From positions 1-58,371 of the forward strand of contig JBNMHN010000001.1 in the NCBI GenBank assembly GCA_050872805.1: a DNA stretch of 58,371 bases, in the 5' to 3' direction. This DNA is from Clostridia bacterium. GTDB lineage: Bacteria > Bacillota > Clostridia > Christensenellales > UBA1242. The position numbers and the translations under genes are program-made. Each line of letters opens with the position of its first letter. Position 1 is the first letter of the stretch. The notes below the pieces were generated by a model. The model made no database searches. It was not told the DNA's origin and saw only the letters and a program-made list of their open reading frames with translations. Below are positions 17,865 through 28,000 of the stretch, one piece after another.

Positions 17865-18419
17865 CTATGCGCGTGAAAAATATTTTCCGTCGCAAGTTGT
17901 GACGATAATTTTTTCGCCCTCTTTGATAAAGTCAGGAACTCTCAATTTGAGCCCTGTTTCGACAACTGCTTCTTTTGTAGGTTTTGTTGCAGTTGATGAA
18001 AGCGTTGATGGGTCGACGCTGACGATTGTCATTTCCAATTTCTCAGGAATGATGATGCCAAGCAATTCGCCATTGAATGTGACGATGTCGACACTATTGT
18101 TTTCAATCAAGAAATCCTTGTTGTCTGCAATTCTTTCAGCAGGGATTTCAGACTGCTCAAATGTTTCGTTGTCCATAAAATAGTATGTTTCGCCGTCGTT
18201 GTAAAGATATTGTGCGTTGCGGCGTGAAATGTGCGCTTCCTCACATTTGTAGTTTGTGTTAAAGTTGCGGTCGATTGTGACGCCTGTTTTAACCTTTTTA
18301 ATTCTTGTGCTCATAAATGCAGCACCTTTGCCGGGTTTTACGTGCAAAAAGTCGATGACTTGATAAAGGTCGCCATCAATCAAAACGTGCATACCCTTTT
18401 TTACTTCTGATATTTCCAT
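17865..18419 (-). CDS. efp: elongation factor P
   Basis: Full-length EF-P pattern including the KPGKG loop. Confidence 0.92.
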   Translation of the reverse strand: MEISEVKKGMHVLIDGDLYQVIDFLHVKPGKGAAFMSTRIKKVKTGVTIDRNFNTNYKCEEAHISRRNAQYLYNDGETYYFMDNETFEQSEIPAERIADNKDFLIENNSVDIVTFNGELLGIIIPEKLEMTIVSVDPSTLSSTATKPTKEAVVETGLKLRVPDFIKEGEKIIVTTCDGKYFSRA

Positions 18420-18499
18420 TTGTTATCATTCTCCTAAAATTTATATTCTATTTTACCCGAAAATGCCCTCATTTGTCAAGAGTTTCGCTCAAAAAAGCG

Positions 18500-19489
18500 C
18501 TATTTACTCTCATTATTTTGAAGATTTTGTGCATTTGCACCATTTGGCGCGGGGTGCTTTTTAATATATTGTTGCCATTTTATTAGCCCATAAAGGGAGT
18601 TCATTAGATACCCGAGCGAAAGCACAAGCATTATGTATTGCCCAGACAATATCCACATAATCGCTTCGACAATTGCGACGCCAATCCACGGCAGCCATTG
18701 TTCCCTGAACCTAAAGACCAAAAATAGTCCGTTGCACACGCTGAATGTGTTTGCGAGCGCGTCGAGATACCACCAATCAGGCATACTTTCGGCAAGCGCG
18801 CCGATTGTTGTGAAAAGTAGTCCTGTGACGACCGAAACAACTAACACGCCGACAAAAATCGCTAGGTCACGCGCGTAGTTTACCTTTTTTACAACTGTGA
18901 GCGAATGGTTTTTGGAATCCGCTTGTTTTGTCCACTGATAGAACGAAACCCATAAAATAGGAATCCAGAAAATGAGTTCAAACAGCGCGCTGATGTACAG
19001 CCCGTTTGCAAAGTACACGATTGTTTGCGTTGTGTCGTATAAAAAGAACGAAACGACAAATGCCCAGCGTGATTGTTTGCTCAAAAGTAGTTCGCACGAA
19101 CATCCGCCGACAATGACGATGATTTCGACGACGCGCAGCCAACTTGGCTGGCTTGCGTCCTCAGGAAAGAAAATGCCGAGCAAAATTCCTATGGTGCAAA
19201 TCGAAATCAACCATATTTTTTCATACGGCGAATAGTATTTCCAAAGCCTGACAAGCCAGTTGGCACGCTTTTGCTCAGTTGCTTTACCTTTTTCTTTTCT
19301 CTCATTTTTTGACTGACTATTTGTTTTTGCGTCTTCACAAGACGACGTTTGCGCTACACTTTCCGCCTGCGTCAATTCATTTTGTTGCAAAGTTCGCGTT
19401 TCAGGTTCTTCGACATCGCCTGCTCTGCCCTCTGCATTTGATAAATTACTGTTGTTTTCCTTGTTTTCTAATTTTTCATTTGTTTTCAT
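18500..19489 (-). CDS. pnuC: nicotinamide riboside transporter PnuC with an approx 75-aa low-complexity N-terminal extension
   Basis: The C-terminal approx 250 aa are multi-TM with a PnuC-like DALANTFSVxxxxLxxxRxxEQWxxWI segment. RBS AAGGGAG. Confidence 0.7.
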   Translation of the reverse strand: MKTNEKLENKENNSNLSNAEGRAGDVEEPETRTLQQNELTQAESVAQTSSCEDAKTNSQSKNERKEKGKATEQKRANWLVRLWKYYSPYEKIWLISICTIGILLGIFFPEDASQPSWLRVVEIIVIVGGCSCELLLSKQSRWAFVVSFFLYDTTQTIVYFANGLYISALFELIFWIPILWVSFYQWTKQADSKNHSLTVVKKVNYARDLAIFVGVLVVSVVTGLLFTTIGALAESMPDWWYLDALANTFSVCNGLFLVFRFREQWLPWIGVAIVEAIMWILSGQYIMLVLSLGYLMNSLYGLIKWQQYIKKHPAPNGANAQNLQNNESK

Positions 19490-19580
19490 AATTAATTCTC
19501 CCTTTATGTAATTAGATATAAAAAAATAGAGCCGTTGTAATAATATATCACAATGCCCCCATTCCTATCGTAACAATGGT

Positions 19581-19609
19581 ATTATACCACTTGTATCAAA
19601 TTAAGTCAA
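19581..19609 (-). promoter_or_regulatory. consensus sigma-A promoter TTGACT-17-TATAAT for pnuC
   Basis: Minus strand: TTGACT (19609-19604), 17-nt spacer, TATAAT (19586-19581). It leaves an approx 85-90-nt structured leader. Confidence 0.6.
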
Positions 19610-19794
19610 CCGCCAATTTATTTATTAATTTTAAATGCAAATTATATGATAAATTTAATGATTAGTTTGCTTTAAGGAAAAACATCCCCCGCTATTTAAT
19701 GCACATTTTTTGTAAATGACAAAAAGTTATTTACTTATTTTAAAAAATATGGTATCATTATTTATAGATTTTCAAAAAACAACTTTGTTGTCAC

Positions 19795-19822
19795 TTATAA
19801 AAATTGCTAGCAATTTTTATAA
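19795..19822. promoter_or_regulatory. perfect 28-bp palindrome TTATAAAAATTGCT|AGCAATTTTTATAA upstream of ynbB-like gene
   Basis: 14-bp arms, no spacer, 28 nt upstream of the ATG at 19850. Confidence 0.6.
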
Positions 19823-19849
19823 CAGTGCAACAATTCTTAAGAGGTAAAT

Positions 19850-21100
19850 ATGTATAACGGATTAGAAATTTCGGAAGAACTTTTGAAACTTTGTGCGCAA
19901 GCGGAACAAGAATTGCAGCCAACATTCAAAAAATTTGACGACATTTGTCTATATAACAGCGCAAAAGTTCTAAAAGCGTTTGGGGATGTCAAACTCACTT
20001 GCACGGACTTTTGCGAAAACACAGGTTATGGCTACTACGACGTCGGGCGCGACAAACTTGAACGCGTATATTCGCAAATCTTTCACACTGAGGACGCACT
20101 TGTTCGCCCGCAAATTATGTCGGGGACACACGCGCTCTCACTCACATTCTTTGGGCTGCTCAAGCACGACGACACACTCATTTCAATCTCTGGCGAGCCT
20201 TATGACTCCCTAAAGAGTATCATCGGCTTGACGGGAGAAAGCCGCAACTCTCTTATGGCGCACGGCGTCAAGTATGAACAAATTGAATTAGTCGACAATG
20301 ACTTCGATATTGAAAAAATCGTTGCACGACTAAAACAAAGTCCAGTCAAAATGGTCGAAATTCAACGTTCGCGCGGGTACAGCGCTAGACTTAGTTTGAG
20401 CGTCGAAAAAATCGAACGCGTATGCAAAGCAATTCGCGAGGTTGACAAAAATGTTATTATTATGGTCGACAACTGTTATGGTGACTTTGTCGAAACGCGA
20501 GAACCTACTGAGGTTGGTGCGGACATTTTAGTCGGCTCACTTATGAAAAACCTTGGCGCTGGGCAAGCAAAAACGGGCGGCTACGTTGTCGGCAAAGCCG
20601 AATATGTGCACGACGTGGCGGAACGCTTTTCCGCACCGTGTGTTGCAAAGGACGTCGGCGCAAACCTCAATCAACTGATGTCGTTTTTCAAAGGAATTTA
20701 CCACGCGCCAAGCGTTGTAAATTCTAGCCTCAAAACAATGGCGCTTGCAAGCAACTTGCTTGAAAAATTAGGCTACAAAGTCAGCCCGAAATTTAACGAC
20801 CAACGCTGCGACATAGTGCAAACCATTGAATTGCATTCAGCGGACGAACTCATTGAGTTTTGCCGCGGCATTCAAAAGGGCGTCGCACTAGAAAACTACG
20901 TCACGCTAATGCCTAGCCCTATGCCGGGGTATCCGCACGAAGAAATTATGGCAAGCGGCAGTTTTATTTCGGGTTCGACAATCGAACTGAGTTGCGACGG
21001 GCCTATTTGTCCACCTTACACTGCTTATATGCAAGGCGGTCTAACTTACGAATACGGCAAACTTGGACTACTGATTGCGCTCACGAACTTGAAGAAATGA
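19850..21100 (+). CDS. ynbB: PLP-dependent Met_gamma_lyase-family protein (aluminium-resistance / YnbB-like)
   Basis: The N-terminal region and overall length match the YnbB/aluminium-resistance family. RBS AGAGG. Confidence 0.75.
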   Translation: MYNGLEISEELLKLCAQAEQELQPTFKKFDDICLYNSAKVLKAFGDVKLTCTDFCENTGYGYYDVGRDKLERVYSQIFHTEDALVRPQIMSGTHALSLTFFGLLKHDDTLISISGEPYDSLKSIIGLTGESRNSLMAHGVKYEQIELVDNDFDIEKIVARLKQSPVKMVEIQRSRGYSARLSLSVEKIERVCKAIREVDKNVIIMVDNCYGDFVETREPTEVGADILVGSLMKNLGAGQAKTGGYVVGKAEYVHDVAERFSAPCVAKDVGANLNQLMSFFKGIYHAPSVVNSSLKTMALASNLLEKLGYKVSPKFNDQRCDIVQTIELHSADELIEFCRGIQKGVALENYVTLMPSPMPGYPHEEIMASGSFISGSTIELSCDGPICPPYTAYMQGGLTYEYGKLGLLIALTNLKK

Positions 21101-21102
21101 CA

Positions 21103-21282
21103 TATATGTACCTAATTTAATATAGTGTCACTCACTAAACCCACAGCAGTGGGGCTATCCCTAACGAAAATTGGAGCAAGTAGAAAGTACATAGGTACGC
21201 CGTCCACAATCGCTACTTGAGCGTAGGAACAGTACCTGCACCAGTGGCGTTTGCCACCAGCAGCGGGGCTATACCCGCCCAC
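21103..21282 (+). repeat. intergenic mosaic repeat locus R4
   Basis: CACTCACTAAACCCACAGC + GTGGGGCTATCCC. One L unit with GTAGGAACAGTACCTGCACC. Hairpins GTGGCGTTTGCCAC and GCGGGGCTATACCCGC, ending 9 nt before the SD of the next gene. Confidence 0.85.
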
Positions 21283-21294
21283 AAAGGAGAAATT

Positions 21295-21768
21295 ATGATT
21301 GAAATAACAACAGTTTTGACAAAAGAAGTTCAAAAGTCGATGACAAAAAAGATTTGGATTGGCTCGTGGATTGCCCTTGCAATCGGCGCGGTTGGAATGC
21401 TACTCTATGTCTTTTCCGAACCCATTTGGGGCACACAAAAATGGACTGAATTCCTTTTGATATTCGCATTGCCATTCGGCTTTGGACTTGTCTACATTAT
21501 TATGCTAAATAAAATCTATAAAAAACCGTTTGACGAACGCAATGTCAACATCTATCAATTTGAACCCGACGGCTTTAGTGTCGTCACATTTAGAGGAGAC
21601 GCAAACACAGGCTCAATGCGTGTTTCCTACGACCAAATTGCGAAAGTGAAGGAAACTGCCGACTATCTATTCTTGTTTGTCAACAAATTTTCTGCATTCG
21701 CCGTCAAGAAAACCGAAACTTCCCCATCCGACATCGAAACTATCAAATCGTACCTCGGTGTCAAATGA
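21295..21768 (+). CDS. YcxB-like membrane protein
   Basis: ATG at 21295 preceded by AAGGAG. Two TM segments, then a YcxB-like C-terminal domain. The ORF-track N-terminal extension runs through the repeat. Confidence 0.65.
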   Translation: MIEITTVLTKEVQKSMTKKIWIGSWIALAIGAVGMLLYVFSEPIWGTQKWTEFLLIFALPFGFGLVYIIMLNKIYKKPFDERNVNIYQFEPDGFSVVTFRGDANTGSMRVSYDQIAKVKETADYLFLFVNKFSAFAVKKTETSPSDIETIKSYLGVK

Positions 21769-21844
21769 GAGGTTGTGATGCTGTCAAGAAAAGAATGCTT
21801 GACATAGATGACATATTTAAAGATTTAGAAACTGAATACTAAAC

Positions 21845-21888
21845 AAAAAAAGGCTGCAAAGCACCAAATGGTGCTAGCAGCCTTTTTG
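21845..21888. terminator. bidirectional terminator between convergent genes
   Basis: AAAAAGGCTGC...GCAGCCTTTTT with an inner AGCACC/GGTGCT stem. Confidence 0.7.
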
Positions 21889-22014
21889 TTATCAATTAAT
21901 TAATAAATTAATTTAGGTATATTGCGCTTTTGAGTTTCAAAACAATTTTTTAATGTAATTGAAACCCGATTTTTCAAAATCAATCTTTTGCACAAAGAGA
22001 TTCCATTCAGGTAA

Positions 22015-25000
22015 TTACCTGCCATTTGTGTCAATAAGTTCTTTGATTTTGTCGCGACTACTACGCTTCTCATTTATTTTGACAATCATAATGATAAAGA
22101 ATACTATCAATAGAAGTGCTAATATTCCACCAGCGATGACAAGCGGCCAGAAGATGTAGTTTTGCACTTCAATGTGCACAACTAGATTGCTCGTAATGTT
22201 GGAGAGATCTTGGTCATAAACTACTTTGTCGCCAAACTTTGTTTTAATCTTTGGCAAATCGGTCAAAGTTTTCCCGTACTCAACTTCTTTATACAAATGC
22301 GAGCCGTCTGGCATAATAATCGTGACAGTGTATTTATTGATTGTATACACAGCGTTGATTGTGAGTGGACTTGTGATGTTTGTCAAGTCAGCGTCTTCCC
22401 AATATGGTGCAACTTTATCGTATCCGATACGTGCAGGTATTACAGGAATTTCGCTTGGAGCAAGCGAGTCGCCGTACTTAACATATCTCAAAATCTTTTG
22501 TTCGTTTGCCACAAATGTTATGACAATGTCGTCTTTTTCAATTTTACCAAACAACACGAGGTCACTTGTGATAGATTTTCCAAAGTCAAAAAGTTGTGTC
22601 AAATCGACATCGGTATACCAGTTTGCAATGTGGTGTCCAACTTCGACAATAATGCCTGTTGGAATTTTCGCCCAGTGGTTGTAACCAACCTGCTGCGTTG
22701 CTTGCAATTCCCCATTGACATAGAAGTCGACCTTGAACTGTTGCAAAACATATTTACCGTAAATGTTTGTGTCACTTGTGATTATTTGGTCAAAGTCAAA
22801 TAGTGTCGTGAATGCAGCATCCGCATACCACCCCTCTAGGTCATAACCTGTGATGCCGACAGGGAAATTGACTTTCACCGTTTCGCCGTACTTGATTTCA
22901 ACGGTATCAAGCAATCTATCGCCATTGTAGAATCTAACTGTGTACGTATTTTTGTCAAACTCAGCATACAGGTTCAATTCGCCAGTGACTTGCGAACTAA
23001 ATGAATACATTGCGCCGTTCACCAAACGCCAACCAACAAAGTTGTATCCCTCTTTGATTGGGTCATTAGGTTTTGTAACAACACTTTCGTATTGGACTGA
23101 GTCTGTCCAGAATACTTCATCATCGACATAGAATGTGATTTTGTAGTTTGCTTTTTCATATTTTGCGTACAATGTGAGATCAGCATAGACTTCGTATGTC
23201 GCAAAATCAAATTCAGCAAGCGAGGAAATTGAGGCAAACCAGCCAATGAAGTCATAGTGCAAACGTGTTGGTCGCGTAGGTCTAGTTATCTTCCCGCCCC
23301 ACTCAACAGTGACTGTTGTGTATTGCGAATTTCCAAACAAACCTTCGCGCGCGTCAAACACTACTTTGTAAGTGTTTTTGTTCAAGTTTTCAACTGAGAT
23401 AACCATATCATCAGCAATTTGCGTGAGCATATATGCGCCGTTGATTGGCAATATCTCTTTCTTGACTTGAGTTGTTTTGATTGTTGCGTAAACGCGAATA
23501 TTGCTTTGTGAGTATGCTTCCAAGATAGTGATTTCAAACGCAAAGTCGTGATTGTAGAGAATCGTTGCCTTGCTGCCGTCCTCACTCAATGTGCCTTTGT
23601 ATGTATCCAAAACATTCAATGTCATAGAATCTTGTGGATACCCACTTGGCAAAGTAATTTCGTAACTTGCAATTGTCCAGAATGCAACAAATGTGCGTGA
23701 CTCTGTGTACTTGCAAATTGTCGTTGCTTCAATCGGCTCTCCTTGCGGAACATCGTTTACAATGCTCTCATACCAACCGCCAAAGTTGTAACCCTTTCTC
23801 TCGACGCGTGGCAAAGCGCCAAATGGCTTGCCGTGCTCAACTTTCATTCCGACAGGGTCAGCCGTACCGTTGTTAGCGTCAAAATACATTGTAATCCACG
23901 CGCTATTCCAAATTGCGTAGAGTGTGATTTCGTCACCTTCAACATCGGTTTCATTCAAAACCATTCCCATATTGGCAAAAATTTCGCCTGTGCCGTCCGC
24001 CGCAGTGTTCCACTCTTTGAATGTGTAACCAGCGTACGTGAACTTGTTCTCATTCAAAACATCTGAGATGTCGTACGTGAACTCTTGAGCATCCATTGTG
24101 CCAGTACCACCGTTTGCGTCAAACTTGATAGTGTACTTGATTGGCTCATATTCCGCTACAAGCGTGTATGTTCCTGCACCAAATGTGAACGCTCCCAAAG
24201 TATTATCAAATGTGCCGACACCCGAACCTGTCCAGCCAGTGAACTTGTACCCAGTTTTGCTTGGGTTAGCAACATTGTAGATTGTTCCGTATACTTTACT
24301 AATATTGAACACTCCAACCTTGTTGTTATATTCGTCGTCACTGTATGTCCCGCCGTTTGTGTTGATGACAAGCAAGTAGTTGTTCATTGCAAAGCTTGCC
24401 GTTAGTGTTGTGTTTACCAGCCATTCAATTGGCGAAGTTTCAGAATATTGCGTTTCGTCCACAAACCAACCAGTGAACTTGCTGCCCTCAAGTGAAACTT
24501 GCGGCAAAGCGCCGATTGAGGTTGTTCCGTCTGAATTTTCAATTTTTCCGAGCAAATCTTTGTAGTTGAATGTCTTTGTTGCAGAGTTTTTGTCCGCAGC
24601 CAAAGTCCAGCCATTCAAAGAACTTTCGTCAAATTGCGCGCCGTTTGCATCAAGCGTGATGACAATTTCAATTGGCGTCCATATTGCAGTGATTGTGGCG
24701 TTGCCAGAACCAAATGTAAATTTCCAAGTGTTTCCAGTCTTTTCAAATCTACCTTGCCCTTCAACAGCGTACTCAATTTCAAATCTTTCGAATTTATAAC
24801 CAGTCTTTGTTGGCGTAGATGTAATGTCATAACTTTGTCCGTTACTAGCCGTAAAGGTTATAACACTGCTATCTTGATCTAACAATTTACCGCCATCAAG
24901 ATCAATAGTCAAAGCAAATTTGTCAGCTGACCACGTAGCGTTCAAAGTCAAGTCTTGAGCGAACTCAACGCGTGTGAGCGGAGTATAAACATCTTTGTCG

Positions 25001-28000
25001 CCCTCAGTTCCGCTAATTGTCCAGCCAATAAATGTGTATCCATCGCGTATAGGTGTTGGCATTGCATTAATTCTATCGCCAAATGTAACAATTTTTGTCG
25101 CGAAATTGCTGCCTTCACCCACAATCCATTCTGTCGAGGTTGGAATTGAGGCAGGGTTTTCAGCGGTTCCGTTTGCATTGAAAGTTAGTGTGTAGGTATT
25201 TGCCGTATAGTTAGCAAGTATTATTGCGTCACTCTCTTTGAAAGTGAATGTAAGTTTTTCAGCGAGAGTTTCGCCACCACTTTGAGTGATATCCCCCGAA
25301 ACAATCGTGAACCCAGCAAAAGTATAACCTATTTTTGTCGGAGCAATGACATTAATAACATCTTTTGCGTGCCCAATAATTGTGAGTTGTTGCCCCTCAG
25401 CCGTACCGCCGTTGAGGTCAATCTTCAAAGTGAATTCATACTGTTCAAAGTAAGCGTACAAGGTGTGGTCTTCAGGATTTGTAACAATAGACGTGTCAAT
25501 AATCCTCTCGCCCTGTCCGTTCTCCTCCGTGAACCAGCCATTGAACTCCCAACCATAGCGGCTAACCTTTGGCAATGTGCCATACTTTTCACCATATGTG
25601 ACTTTCATTACATCGTCACTATGTGTAAGATCCGTCCAGTCAATTTCAACACCGTCCTCGATTGCATCGCTAGAGAGTTTGAATGTGACGTCGACCGACT
25701 GAGCCGCCCATTCTGCCGAAACAACCGCATTGCTTAACCCAAACGTGTACGTCCACGTACCGTCGCCATTGTTCTTTAGCGCGCCGTCGACCGTTGAAGT
25801 ATAACCAGTAAAGTCGTACCCCGTCTTAGTTGGCTCGCCAAATGTGAATGTTTCGCCGAATTTTTTGTTGATAGGATTTTCTTCAAGCACCAAATCGCCG
25901 CCGTTTAGAACAATCGTGAGTGATGTCGTGATTTCTTCAAACACAGCAAACAATGTGTGCGTTTCCGCATTCTTTACAAGAACTGATGGAATGATTTGCA
26001 CGCGGTTTTCATCGTCTCTGCTGTCAAACCAGCCGACAAAGTTATAGCCCGCCTTTGCTGGCGTTGGCAATTCGCCATACGCCTCATCAAACTTGACAGT
26101 CTTGCTTGCAATTTCGTTGCCGCTTGTCGCATTGTCATAGTCAAAGTTGACAATGATTTCTTTGTTTTCCCAAATTGCTACCAACTTGCAGTTGTCGTCA
26201 CCGAATGTAAAGTAAACTTTCCCTTCGCCCTCGCGAATATCAAGCGTACCCTTGTCGCCGACTTTTTCAAACTCTTTGAAAAGGTAACCGTAGCGTGTTG
26301 GAATACTGAAGTCGACAATTTCATTGAAATATGCCTCAAACTCTACATCCGTACTTGCCGCGCCGTCAATCGAACCGCCTGAAAGAATTACTTGCAACTT
26401 GTACTTGTGCAACTCCCAGTGTGCGTAAAGCGTGTGATTACGCGCAATCTTGACAGTCGTCGTATTGTCGATTTTCATTCCCTCATCGTCCGCAGTCGTG
26501 AACCAACCCACAAAATCGTAACCAGTCTTTGTTGGAACAGGTAGCGCGTCATACATTTGATCATATGTAACCTCAAGCGTCTCCGTCGTGTCTCCACCGT
26601 CAGCGCCGTTGTAGTCGAATGTTACAATGTACTTCTCGTTTTCCCAAACTGCCGTGAGCGTTGCATTACCCGCACCAAACACGAACTTGTAACTCGAAAG
26701 TTGTTCGTCTTGCGCCGTCAAAGTGCCCTCGCCCGTCATAATAAATCTAAGGAAACGGTACCCTTCACGCGTTGGCGTGTTGAATGTGACTTCATCTCCA
26801 CGTTTTTTGTCCTTAAAATCATATGTGTGTTGCGAATTGTTGAACACCCCGCCCTGAGGGTCAATCGTGAGAATGTACAAAATAGGTTCATATTGAGCAT
26901 AAAGGTCAAAGTTTGTAGGAATAGTTATTTCCATCTCATCAGTCATTTGGAATCCGCCATCAGGTTCCGTGAACCAACCAAGGAATCTATACCCCTCAAG
27001 TCTAGCGTTTGGCATTGCGCTGACAACATTGAATTTGTCGCCAAACTTATATTGGCGCATACCAGTCTTTTTGTCGTTTGAAATTGCCGTGTTCGACCCA
27101 AACAATTCGCCATCTTGCGCGTGGAAAGTAACTCTAATGTCCATTGCTTTCCAAATTGCATACAATGTGCTGTTGTCTGCACCAAACGTGAAGTGGTAAA
27201 TATCGCCGACTTTTTCAACCGAACCAATGCCGAGTCTGTTTTCGTAGCTTGCGAAATTGTAACCCGTCTTAGTTGGCGCCAAAATTTCAATTGTTTGCTC
27301 ATAAATACCCGTAAACGATTGAACTTGCTCTAAGTCGCCATATTTTCCGCCATCTAATTCTATAGTCAAAGTGTACAAAATATTTTCATATTTCGCCTTG
27401 ACAGTAATATCTTCAAGAATCTTAACAAGTTTGCTCTCGTCAATCAACTTGTCATCCGCATCAAACCAACCAAGGAATCTCATACCCGTCTTTGCCGCCA
27501 TTGGCAACACGCCGAATGTTTGGTCGTATGTGACGCCTTTCTTCGTGCCGTCGCCCTCGTATCCCTCAGTTTCGACATACTCGCCCCCGTCGTAGTCAAA
27601 CGAAACCGTGAACTTTAGCGCCGTCCAGTGAGCGCACAAAGTGTGGTCGCCCTTGTAGTTTACTATGCTTGAATCTGCAATTTGTATGTTCTTTTCTTCA
27701 AAGAACCAACCGTCAAAGTGATATCCCGTTTTTGTTGGAACAGGCAATACCCCATAAGGTTCGCCGTGGCTAACCGTGCGCGAATGTTCGCTTACCGTTC
27801 CGCCATTTGGGTCAAACGAAACAGTGTATTGATCTTCAACCCAATGAGCATACAATGTTTGATTGTTAGCAACAGTCACAATAGTTGTTTTTTCAATTTG
27901 CAAACTATCTGCACGCTCCGAAACGAACCACCCAGCAAAGACTTTCGTGTCGTGAACCGCAATCGGCATTTTTTCATAATATCCGCCAAATGTGACAGTG

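Noticed and set aside
21217-21294. N-terminal extension of the YcxB-like gene
   Set aside because: It lies entirely within repeat locus R4. The ATG at 21295 has a canonical AAGGAG site.
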